This document shows, one piece after another, positions 39,466-51,637 of a stretch of DNA of 64,000 nucleotides. This stretch comes from Eledone cirrhosa (Eukaryota). A program made the translations under genes and the position numbers. The notes beneath the pieces were generated by a model. The model was not told the DNA's origin, made no database searches, and saw nothing but the letters and a program-made list of their open reading frames with translations. The stretch spans positions 56,234,001 through 56,298,000 of the forward strand of contig OZ024745.1 of assembly GCA_964016885.1 (NCBI GenBank), given 5' to 3'. Position 1 is the stretch's first letter. Each line of letters begins with the position of its first letter.

Positions 39466-41010
39466 GTAGCGGGCTGGGTCTATAATATTGGTTGCCAGGA
39501 GATAAAGGGGGCCCACCTTCATATAGAATGCTATCATTTAACTTTTATAATGAATAAATACCATTTTCAAAAAATACAAACGTGAAATCAAACAGTACAA
39601 TAACATTTTTGCTGGAAAAATGTGTATTTTTTACTAATTATAGTGTATATATACTGTACATATTACTGGCAGTATACAGTAATACTAAATGTTAAAACAG
39701 AATGTTATAATTGAACTTTTAAATAATTGTGAATATATTGTATACTGTTATTTAGAGTAGAGTCTGCAAGTGATCACTTACCTTCTCCAATAAAAAATAT
39801 AAAATAGCTTGTGAAATATACACATTCAGAGACTTTCAATATTGACCTTTGGTCTTTCACACTCATTCAATATATATATACATATATATATATATGAGTG
39901 TGTGAATGTGTTACATGTTCATGTGTACAGATAGATTTATATATATGTGTATATATATATGTGTTTGTGCGTGTGTGCGTGTGTGTGCGCGCGCGCGTAT
40001 GTGTGTGTGTGTGTGTGTGTGTCTTTAAATATCCATTGGCCCCTAAAATACTACAGTGGACCAATGCAATGCAACTTTGAGCATCCTGGGTCCCAGTTGC
40101 TATTGGGCAACCTGACCAGTCCATCACTGTATATGTGTGCATGTGTGCGCGCGTGTGTGTGTGTGCGTGTATGTGTGTGTGTGTGTATGTATGTGTGGGG
40201 GGGGGGGGGCGTGTGTGTGTCCGTGTTACGTGTGTAATAACAGTTACAGGTGACGCACCGTTCAAACCATTTGATGCTATGACAAAATCTATTTCGTTTG
40301 GATTGTATTTCAGTGTTACGGCTGTAGTGTGCAGAGTGTAAATAGATTTAAAAGGATGGAATTTAGTTTGCAGCATATGTAAAAACTTTATCTGTGTGTG
40401 TATATATATATATATATATAACAATTGGTGCAAACAATAATGTAGTTCTTCAAACATTGACTGTATATGTGCCCTATGCACAGAGTATAACTTCTAATAT
40501 TTAAATAGAAACGTATTAGTGACTTTGACGGTTCAGCTTGGTCGCTTGATAAAATATACACCATAGTGAGTCTGTGTGATATTGTACGATAGAAATTTTG
40601 AGAAAACCATGACAATCAACTGGTCTTTTATGTGTAGGCAGAGATTTCAATCGTTAGTTTTCAGATGTACACTTACCCTGCCACTAGTTTTCCCTCTCTT
40701 GATATTTAATCCCCCGCCTCCGTTCTTTCTTACTGCTTCACTTTAACTCTAATATATCCTTTAACAGTGAGCTTTCCTCACTATGTCCTTCATCTCTCAA
40801 ACCTATTCAGCCACCTCTTCACTCTTGTTCAGGATAATATGAAAAGCCTTAATGTACACTTCAAAACTACATCACTTTGTCATTAATGCTACAAACATTT
40901 GAAGCATGGAAAATCTAATAAAATATTTGTTAAACACATATTTCATTCACGAATCTTGCAGTGTGTCAGTGAGAGACAGGCACTCAAGTTGATACACGCA
41001 AACACACACA

Positions 41011-41120
<110 letters not shown>

Positions 41121-41462
41121 GAGAGACTGACAGACAGTTATAGGTATGTAGAAAGATAGGCAGAAACAATGATTTTTTTTTTAACAGAAACAGCCATAGA
41201 GTCAGCCATATAATATAATAGATAGACAGACTGAGGAATTGTTATATATTCGTGTCTCCTTCGCAATCAATTCCATCGAAATGAGATGGAGACAAGTATA
41301 CAGCTTATTTCATTATATTGCTGGTTTTGATACACGACACACAGTCACATACACACGCATTTATATACATAAGTATATATGCATATATATATATATATGT
41401 GTGTATATGTGTGTGTGTGTGTACATACCTATTTAAATATATACCTATACACACACACACAC

Positions 41463-41598
<136 letters not shown>

Positions 41599-42203
41599 AG
41601 GAAATTGGGAGAAAGATAGATACAATACAAAAAGATAATCAAATTAAAGTGAGTGTACAAACAGTCACGAAACTCGCTATTTATTTTTGCCTCCACTGTC
41701 TGTGTGTTTCGAAATTTCAACAAAATCGCATAGCTATAGAAAGTGCCTGAAGTAATAATAGTAATAAGAAAAAAAAATGTAAAGAGGAAGCCTGTGGTGA
41801 AATGTTGTTTCATTAAACTAGTTTGTTCAGCCACGACTTCAGAGCAATTTTGTAAATTACGATGTTCTGTAAATATTATCATATAATAATAATGTGGCAA
41901 ATACGAAATTGCAATGTTATTCATAAAAGGAGTTTTAGTAGAGCGTTTTGTCAGGGCGAGAACGATGAAGCGAATGACAAAAGACGGAGAAATATGGAAA
42001 AAGCGTTGGTGTAAAGGAGAAGAAGCAGACTGACAGAAAAATATGTATGATGATAAATAAATAACCTGAGCTGAATATACAGGTGAAAAGTTTTGATACG
42101 GATGGGAAAATGTTTTATTTGACAACATTATATATATATATATATATATAGGAATAAGATTTCGCTTCAAGCATAGCTTTATACAATATGTATAGAAATT
42201 TCC

Positions 42204-42384
42204 TATTTCTAAAGAAATACGGTTTTAGGAAGCCGTAGCTATACAAACACTGAGGCTACCGCTCTCTAGTCGTGTCCAGCAGTAGCAAGGGGGACAACCT
42301 TGCTTCTGCCGGACACCACCAGAGGGCGTTAGCCCCGGTGTTTGCATAGCTACGTCTTCCTAAAACCGTATTTCTTTAGAAATA
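42204..42384. repeat. About 180-bp GC-richer imperfect palindrome
   Basis: TATTTCTAAAGAAATACGGTTTTAGGAAG...AGCAAGG pairs with CCTTGCT...CTTCCTAAAACCGTATTTCTTTAGAAATA. Confidence 0.88.
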
Positions 42385-42586
42385 TTAAATTTATATATAT
42401 ATATATAAATTCTCACGGAGAGAGAAACACACATACCCACACATACACACACACATACACATATATAGATAGTATTAAATATAGGTGTATTATGTAGGTG
42501 TATTTAAGTTTATTTTATCTCCATGATTATATGTATCGCTGAAGTCTACGGCTAGAAACTTTTCATCCTACCAATTCTGATAGCCC

Positions 42587-42690
<104 letters not shown>

Positions 42691-42753
42691 CTAGTGAAAT
42701 CAGATGAACCACAGATAGAAAGGTACTCAATACATGAGTAGATTATAAACATC

Positions 42754-43129
42754 TGGCAGTATCGGTAGAGGGTTGGACGCCATGCTTTGACGCAAAGAGT
42801 TACTTCCCTTTCCATTCTGAGTTCAAATCCCGCCGAGGTTAACTTTGCCTTTCATCCTTACGGGGTCGATAAAATAAAGTACCAGTAATACACTGTGATA
42901 ATTGCTGGCCTTGTGCCAAAAGTAGAAACAATTATTATAAGGTGAATTGGCAGTATGGGTAGAGGGTCGGACGCCATACTTTGACGCACAGAGTTACGGC
43001 CCTTTCCCTTCTGAGTTCAAATCCTGCCGAGGTTAACTTTGCCTTTCATCCTTACGGGGTCGATAAAATAAAGTACCAGTAATACACTGGATAATTGCTG
43101 GCCTTGTGCCAAAAGTAGAAACGATTATT
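42754..43129 (+). mobile_element. Head-to-tail dimer of family A SINEs (short variant)
   Basis: Two highly similar copies at 42754-42938 and 42941-43129. Confidence 0.9.
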
Positions 43130-44069
43130 TACAAGACTAGAACTGTTTCATTCGTAATAAATCATCAAGAATACTGAGTGACTTAAAGAGTTATAGATAT
43201 GTATTGATTTCCTAGTGGTTGGGGATGGTTGTGTGGATTATTTTAAGGAGCAGATATCAAGTAGTGGATTAGAGGGGTGGGGGAGGTGGGAGGTAGGAGG
43301 TGGGGGTAATGAGGATGGGAAGAAATGAAGAAAATTAGTAGTTCTAGAAGAATTTCAAATATATATATTATATATATACACATAAGCACACTCGTATATA
43401 TATGTGTGTGCGCGTGTGTGTGTGTGTGTCTATATATATATGTGTGTGTGTGTGTTGTATATATATATATATGTGCGTGTATGAGTATTGTGTATGTGTA
43501 TTTATATCTGTGTATGTGTGAGTATTGTATATGTGCATTTATATCTGTGTATTTGTGAACATTGTATATGTGTGTGTACATGGTTATTTATGTGTTTGTA
43601 TGTAATTGAACGCATTTAACTTACTGCAGACTAATTATTGTTATCCTAATAATAATCCTTTCAACTCTGTTAATACAGTTTGTTTAGGCTATTAATTTAT
43701 TAAGAATTACAAATTCTTCTACTGATTGAAACTTTATTACTGAATTAAGCTTCCATAATTTTATATTCTTTTTCTTAATACTCTATTAATTCTTGAAATT
43801 GTTATTATTTCAATCAATAAGTATATTTATGAGCTCTGATTACAATCCTATATTGTTATTGTAAAGTCTAATATACGTGAATTAGATTTTGTTAGTCAAA
43901 TAAATATTGGTTAGCTATGGCACGTTATATTTTATCACTAATAAATTTTCATTTGTACGCTTAATCTTCCGTAAAGTTTTAACTTCTTACCCACTGTAAT
44001 TTAAACTTGTTTACATTTTCGAAATGGAGATGTCTGATATAGGACCTAAATATGATATTTATATTGTTT

Positions 44070-44148
44070 AATTCATTCTGAAGAAATCTGTACAGAGCGG
44101 AATGAAGGAACATCTTGCTGTATTCATAGAAACGTTTGTAAATCAATT
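44070..44148 (+). ncRNA. Hammerhead-like motif at the end of an AT-rich probable Penelope 3' UTR
   Basis: AAUUCAUU-CUGAAGA-(UACAG/CUGUA stem)-GAAA-CGUUUG-UA-AAUCAAUU. Confidence 0.5.
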
Positions 44149-44194
44149 AATTATTTTAATGCAATTTAATACTGGGTATTTTATTCTTATAGAT

Positions 44195-44882
44195 GTCTAG
44201 GGCGAGTAAAATTCCCGACATCCATGGACGAGTTCTCTCCAGCGGTCGCTGTCCCTCATTATTGCTGCGATGCCCTGCGTCTCCAAGAGACCAGTGTCTG
44301 TCTTTAGGCATTCAACATATGTTAACCTCGGTCTTGGTCTTCCAGTGTGTCCATAAAGGGGCTCCTACAGGAGCACTGAGTGCAGTGTCAACTCTCGATG
44401 TCGGTGAGCATGTCCAGCTAACCTCAGTCTCCTCTGGGCTACTCTCAAGCTGACTTTTGGTAGGCTCCCATACAGCTCTGAGTTCTTCATCCTCAGTGTA
44501 TACTGATTAATGTTCAGAGCCATCCTCAGCATTCTCGTGTAGCACCCATCCACCACCTGAGTGAGTTTCTTGGTCAGTGTCCAAGAATATTAAGAAACCA
44601 GAGAAGATTACTAATGTAGGCGAGAAACCGTTCGAATTGGTCGAGGACTTCCTGTATTTGGGAGCAAAGATTGGGAATATGGAAGATGATGTGGTCGAGA
44701 GTAAGAGCAAAGCCTGGGCGGCGTGCCACAGCTTGAGATCGGAGTGGAAGTCGGACCTTCGTAAAGGCCTGATGATCCGTCTCTTTGTTGCTGTAGTGGA
44801 GTCTGTGCTGCTGTACGGGTCTGAGACTTGGACACTGACCAAGAAACTCACTCAGATGGTTGATGGGTGCTACACGAGAATT
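44195..44882. mobile_element. RTE-like LINE 3' fragment with a 5' inversion
   Basis: The plus-strand part (44577-44882) reads EDFLYLG..VESVLLYGSETWTLTK. The minus-strand part (44195-44585) continues DGCYTRMLRMALNI..RRLRLAGH. Confidence 0.85.
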
Positions 44883-44889
44883 CTTATAT

Positions 44890-46247
44890 ATATATATATA
44901 TTTACCTGTTCTAGCCATCCAGCTGAGGCCATTCTATGGCACCGACATTGTTGCTTCACTTCATATACCCAGCGTGTGTTGGCTGGCTATTGATGTAAGA
45001 GGGAATTTATTGCTGCTGCCCTTAGGTTACCTTCATTCCGTGCTATGGGTTCATCTGGGGATCTTGGATAGAAGGATGTCAAGATGTTTTTTGTAAACAT
45101 CCATGTCCACACCATGTAGACCTCTCAAGTTTCTTGGCAGCATATTAAAGATTTGGCGGGCTTTGAACCCTAAATATCTGCTCCTTACTCTAGATATGTA
45201 AGACGGGACATTTGTCACTAGACAGTGACGTCCTGTTCGAGAGTTGGTCCAGCTCTTAATGCCAAAATTTGGTGCTAGTCCTTCCAGAATTTTCCATATG
45301 TTTATCACTGCATATCTCTCCCGCCTTCATTCCACGGAGTCAAGTTCCGCCTTCATTCCGTGTTTAGTTTTACATCATGGGGTGACAACGACTCGAAACA
45401 ATAGTCCAGTCGGCTGTGGACAATTGTCTTCCATATTACCAACTTTCTTTCTCTGTCTCTAGTCTTGAAAATCCTCAAGGTCCAGCCAGTGAGTCGTTGC
45501 ACATTGTCACTATTTTCATGAGGTTTGAATGTAATGATGCATCATCGCTCATGTCTATACCCAGACATTGATTTAGATTTCGACACGGGGATTTCGATCC
45601 CTCCTGGTCCGATGTAGCTTTGTTGTACTGTCCTTGTGTTAGCAAGTTGATATAGTAGGGCTTGAAATTTTCCAGAATTAAATTGCATGTTGTTGTGCTG
45701 AGCCCTTTTTGTATATGGCATCCAGAATTTGATGTAAAAGAGTAGCATCAGCCTGGTAAAGTAGCTCTGCAGTCTTGAATTGCTCTATATCTTGTATATT
45801 TTTACATTCCTATTACTACTATGGGCACGCATAGATAGATAGATAGATAGATATATTTCTTTTATTTGCCACTAGGGCATCAAAAGTGGGACAAGTACAA
45901 AGGGGGGAGTTTACACAAAAAGGCGTCCTCAATAAGGAGGAGGCAATAACAAAATATAAAAATAAAATAAGATATAACAAAAAATAAAATTTTTAACAAA
46001 ATCCTCAATAGAGAGGAGGCGCCTTGGGGGGTCGCACACACCCCCGAAAAAAGTGTGCAACCCTTCTCCTCAGGAGCACAGAGAAGGGGTGCTCCCTTGG
46101 TCTTTCATCTTCCTCACCTATAGTCTGATGTAGAGTGAAGGCCCATTCACACGGGCCATTCTCGCCACTTTCACCCATCTTTCATAGAAACGGCTGGGGT
46201 GCAGCACCTCTCTCTCCATCCTGATCCTTCTTCCGAAATGATATCGG

Positions 46248-46289
<42 letters not shown>

Positions 46290-47030
46290 TTCAAAAGACC
46301 CTTCTACATTTTTTTACTTGCCTCTCAATTACGCTGGATGGTGGTGAATTTGGCATACGAGGTGACCTTCGGCAGTCGATGATATTTCATCTGGGAAACA
46401 TATCCTACCCACTGCCAGCTGTGAGTTTATCAGTAGGCCTCGATATTGGTGATCTCTTCCTATTCAAAGGCATTACTGTAGGTAACAAACTGAATCGAAT
46501 TGATTTTGAGAATGATGCGAAGACACTGCTCGTAGAAACTCTCAAGGAGTCGTAGATGTTGTCGTTAAGTAACCTACAACTTAGAACACGAGGGTGGTCA
46601 GGACAACAGGTCTGTATACACTGAGGCGTGTGCTTGTTTCAAATTCCTGTTGTTCCAAACTGTTTTGTACTGCACTCTTTGCCTAATAAGATGATGCACC
46701 AAATAACTGACCTGGTAGAGACTTTTCAGTTCCGTTTCACCCATGGTTGAAGAAAGGGTGGCAACCTTACTGGGCTGCGGGCTGTTAAAGAACATACGTC
46801 TTTTGCAAGGTGAGCTCCAGTTCGACGAACTCGGCATCCTGTGGTAAATAGTCTGGGGAGCCACAATGTCACCATTATCGTTACTGATGAGTTGGGCTAG
46901 AGTCGACTCAGATCAAACTGGGTGTCTTCTGTGAGCTAGACATGATCCTCTGCATTAAGGCCCTATTTGGCCAATGTGAGTACCATCATGACGATGTTAA
47001 TGAAGAATGTTGGAATGAGCTACAGCAGCT
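44890..47030 (-). mobile_element. Degraded CR1-like LINE, apparently interrupted by the Tx1 fragment at 45855-46249
   Basis: NNMQFNSGKFQAL and RRERYAVINIWKILEGLAPN, typical of CR1 RT C-termini. Assignment of 46290-47030 to the same element is tentative. Confidence 0.55.
45855..46249 (-). mobile_element. Short 5'-truncated Tx1-clade LINE flanked by (GATA)n
   Basis: 3' UTR near identical to 34500-34720, with (GATA)n on both sides. Confidence 0.92.
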
Positions 47031-47329
47031 ATAGCCTTCTGAACTCTGTTCTGGCGTACATACCACATTTAAAACTTATATGGAATATTCTCGCAAATCG
47101 AAGAAACTCATCAAACTGATTCTGAAAACGGTACGTAAACAGGTTTACTTTTTTGTTGAGATGTACGTAAACGGGTTTACTTCTTTGGTGGATCTTTCCA
47201 GAACAGTTGTTAGCATAACTGAATTTTGGATCCAACAAATTAAGATGAATAAAAGAAAGTGATATGAGCGAAATAAGATTACAATGTTATATTATTTTGC
47301 TCAAACTCAGAAAAAGTGTAAGGAGTGCT

Positions 47330-48400
47330 GTTGTACTTTCCAATCTTTCCACGCATAAATACCATGTGTGAAAACCCTTTCACTACATTGAAACCGACAA
47401 TGCTACCGACCTTGTTATTACCCTCAAGAAAAGCATACCAGAATCATCCTTATTCAAACCAACGTCTTCAAATGCTCACTCTACACATTAATCTATCTCC
47501 AACTTTGATAAAATTGCAAGAATGTTTCCAATTCACCAGAAGGAAAACATTTATAGCACCGCCAGCTATCGCCATATTGCTCTTAATTCCAACACCACAA
47601 TATAATGATATCAAATTCTTCGCCATCTTGAATAATTCTTTAATGATTATTTCTGCAGTTTCCATCAAGCTATTTCGTATTTGATCCCACATTTAATTCA
47701 TTCACCTCGAGCAATATCGTGAAACAGTGTTCCTGCATTTGATATCAGCCATGCATTCGATCATGCCTGGTATGCGAATCTCTCAAATAATTGTTTCTAC
47801 TTTAGGCACAAGGCCAGCAATTACCCAGTGCATTACAATCAGCCTCGATATGTAACGGTGTTGTCCGTCCATCTCAGCTATTTAGATCGGAAGAATTCTG
47901 TTAGATGGTATATTTACGATTTATTGTTATTGAGCTATCATACACTCTAACCATTCTACTTTGCCTCAACGTTCAGTTTTGTCCCCACATTTTTTCTGTA
48001 GTACATTACCTTATCTCACTAAAAATGTACAAAATGCAAATAGAATTATGAAGGCCAATGCAACTTCTAAGTATCATAACCATTGAGAGTAAACGCGACG
48101 ACTTCATATCCTCGACAGAGCAAACACTGCATAGCAAAGAAGATGACTCAGCTTCATTAGCAGATAATTTTCTTACACCAATAAGAGTGTATAACACATA
48201 CAGTTACTGTAGAACACATCTGATTGATGGACAAGAAATAACTCACCAACTGGATCCAGTCCCGGACCCACAGAGATATGTGTTGTCACTATGCTTTTTC
48301 TATCACGACTACTGTAACCATATAACTCGGTCACGTGGTGCTGGTTTGTCCCAGCCTACATTATTTAAACTATCACAACTCCTTTCTAATTTTCTCATCA
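47330..48400 (+). mobile_element. Degraded CR1/L2/Jockey-group RT fragment containing a SINE tail (47790-47835)
   Basis: KIARMFPIH, ASYRHIALNS and AFDISHAFDHAWYANL match RT domain 1-3 motifs. Confidence 0.6.
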
Positions 48401-48871
48401 CCCACATGAGCACACAGGGTACTGCAAAGAACATATTCAAAACCACTCCGTCAAAGCCAAGCCAGAGACCACATCAACACCATCACCAACAAAAAACAAC
48501 CTTCAACGTTCTCAGAGGAGGAAAACATATTTACCTGCACATAAAATAATGTCTCTACTCTTATTAGATATTTTATCAGTCATCCAAAACGATAACGGAA
48601 CAAAGATTTTCTTTTATTTTATTTTAAATTTATTTTTAATACAAATCCGAAGTAATATTATGATATTCAGAAAATTATATAACATTGAAGCTACTTTTAT
48701 TTTTTTATACAATATTAGCTCTGTGTCGTTTTATGTTTCGTGTATATTGTGTTATCGTTTTCCTTACTTATCTGTCTATAGTAAAAGAGTCAATTTATCT
48801 CTCTCAATCTCTTTCATTCTGTATAACTCCTTCTCACCTTCTCCCTCTCACCTTCTCCCTCTCACTTTCTT

Positions 48872-48991
<120 letters not shown>

Positions 48992-49289
48992 TTGTGTGTG
49001 TGTAAAAGGTAAATAGAAATAACAAAGCAAACGACACGGTACATTGAAGAAATTTATTAGTTTAACTCATGAAATCACAAGAAAAGTATATTATCGTTTT
49101 GGTCACTAGTCCTTCGTCAGAAGATAGAATTAGAAATAAAAGATAAAATAGAAAGAAGACGAATGAGAAGAGGAAGGAACGGCCAAAAATAATATGAGAA
49201 AAAAACACACGTACGTATTCAGTCAGCCATTTAAAGATGGTAAACAAGATTCTAAAATGTCTGACCTGTCTGCAACATATACAGAAAGG

Positions 49290-49620
49290 ATTCATGGTAG
49301 TGACGGGATGTACAAACATGAAGATGTCAAACTCCTAATCCTGCTGTCACACACCTTTTCAGACTGTGACGGACTAATAATATACATGAAGCAACTCAAA
49401 ATGATAATATGTACCAGGTGTCGTACACCAGATTCCCCTCTAATCATAAGACAAATTTTAAAAGATAGAAGTTCTAAATAAACTAATCCAAAGCTCTTAT
49501 GGGAGACTACAACCTCCCGAATGTCAAATAACTGAAAGGCAGGTCTCAGTTAGGAATGTCTCTGCCTGACCATACAAATGTGTTGTTCCGGGAACAATAC
49601 TACTAGAACCAACATGAGAA
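49290..49620 (+). mobile_element. CR1-like AP-endonuclease fragment
   Basis: ICTRCRTPDS (cf. YRPP) and LMGDYNLPNVK (cf. GDFNLP.INW). Confidence 0.55.
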
Positions 49621-50292
49621 ATATATGCCTTTTGTAGTATTTGGATGGTACGTTGGCTTAAAGTGCAGCTGAATTTCTAATAGGTTTTATTAAATCAAAT
49701 ATCCTCTTTCTGCAATCAGTGTTGTTTACATTCCAATCTACGCTTATCGAAAAGACCTTTGAATAATTGCATTCCTTCAATAACTACAGTTATTTTAATT
49801 CGGACACTTTATTATCCAATGCATTCTACTTTCTTTAAGAGAAAGTCTGATTTATAGCTGGTCTATGTATATTCTTTGTTATTTCTTTAATACACTTTGT
49901 TATTTAAACCCAGTTAGGTCTTGACCAAGTAGTTACATATGTTTTTCTTTCGTTGTACTCTGAAATATATTACATAACTAAGGAAGAAATGCAGAGTCAA
50001 TGCCATTTTTCAGGGTCTCCAAGTCTGGTTAGATGAAAGGAGTAAAGTATTTTTTAAAAAAGGACACTAACACTTCCTTATAATTGCAACAAAATGGACT
50101 CGGCTAAAAACAACTAATGCTGAGTTATTACGTCTACTACTTATAACTCTGCCTAAATGTCCCAATTTTTAAAGATGTTCAGATGTGAATTATGATTTAC
50201 GTACACACACACATGTAAACACGCACACACACACACACACATGTACACACACACGCGCGCGCGCGCACACGCACACACACACACACACACAG

Positions 50293-50359
<67 letters not shown>

Positions 50360-50788
50360 TGCGTGTGTGTCTGCGTGTGTGTATATGTGTGTATGTAAAC
50401 ATAGCCACAACACAAAAGGCGCAGAGAGAAGCGAACTTTATTAAAAATAAATGAGCAACAGATATATGATTCAATTAATGTGGAAGACTTTGTAAAATGT
50501 AACATATGTTACGGTTGTGAAGTTGTAAAAATATAGACTTTCGCCAAGAAATTGTAGGTCGCACAAGAACTATCAGTCTACTATCTACCGAAGGTAATGG
50601 ACGAGAGAAAGAAGGAGAGGCTGAGTAAGGGGATGGAAATAGATAAGAAAACGAAATAAAACAGGATAAAGTGTGGAAAAGAAACGGGTTAGGGAGATAA
50701 GAATAGAACAGAGAAGTAGAAAGGAGAGTTAAGGTTACGCAAATAAACACACAATATTTTATTAACAGACAGCGTATAGTAGTATGTG

Positions 50789-50821
<33 letters not shown>

Positions 50822-51064
50822 TCACTTATTTATTTATTTGTGTGTGTGTCACTGTGTGTGTGTGTGCTTATCTCTCTCTCTCTCTCACTTTCAAACAAAA
50901 TCATACATCATATATATATATGAGCTCATATTTATACCAAGTATATATTTATATATAGGCATGCGTATGTGCATGTGTATGTATACATTTTATTAAGGCT
51001 ATTTTGTGAGTCCTGTTACTGTAGAAGCAGGCAAATCTCTAAATTAAGAAACCTCTATTAAGCC

Positions 51065-51230
51065 TTAATAAAATGAATATTTAAACTTTACTTCGGTGTA
51101 TAGTACACTTTTCTCACAGCCTTCAAGTATATATGGATATATATATATATATATATATCCACATATACTTGAAGGCTGAGAGAAACGTGTACTAAACACC
51201 GAAGTAAAGTTTAAATATTCATTTTATTAA
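51065..51230. repeat. About 165-bp palindrome with a (TA)n centre
   Basis: TTAATAAAATGAATATTTAAACTTTACTTCGGTG.. and its reverse complement. Confidence 0.88.
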
Positions 51231-51557
51231 TATTTATATGTATATATATATATGTGAAAAAATGGGGAGAAGAATACTGCAGGTTGCACATGGATAACAT
51301 GTTATAAAATGAGTCCCTCATCAGTGATTTGCCGACGATCATAGATATTTCATTGCATTAAAAATCATATACCTCACGTCGGTGCAATAATAACTAAATT
51401 AAGTTATTAGGACAATTAAAACGCGTAAAGCGAGTGAGACAAGTAAACAACAAAGAGGAAAGCTAACTGTAGAGAGGAAGGGAACAAGCTACATAGTTAT
51501 TCTGTTAGCATAAGCTAGGTGAATATATGAGCGCTTAGAAAAAAGACCTTCCGAGAT

Positions 51558-51633
<76 letters not shown>

Positions 51634-51637
<4 letters not shown>

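Noticed and set aside
49088-49123. Minimal hammerhead on the minus strand (CUGACGA-AGGACUAGUGACC-AAAA)
   Set aside because: GAAA is mutated and stems are weak. Probably a decayed copy, not supportable as a feature.
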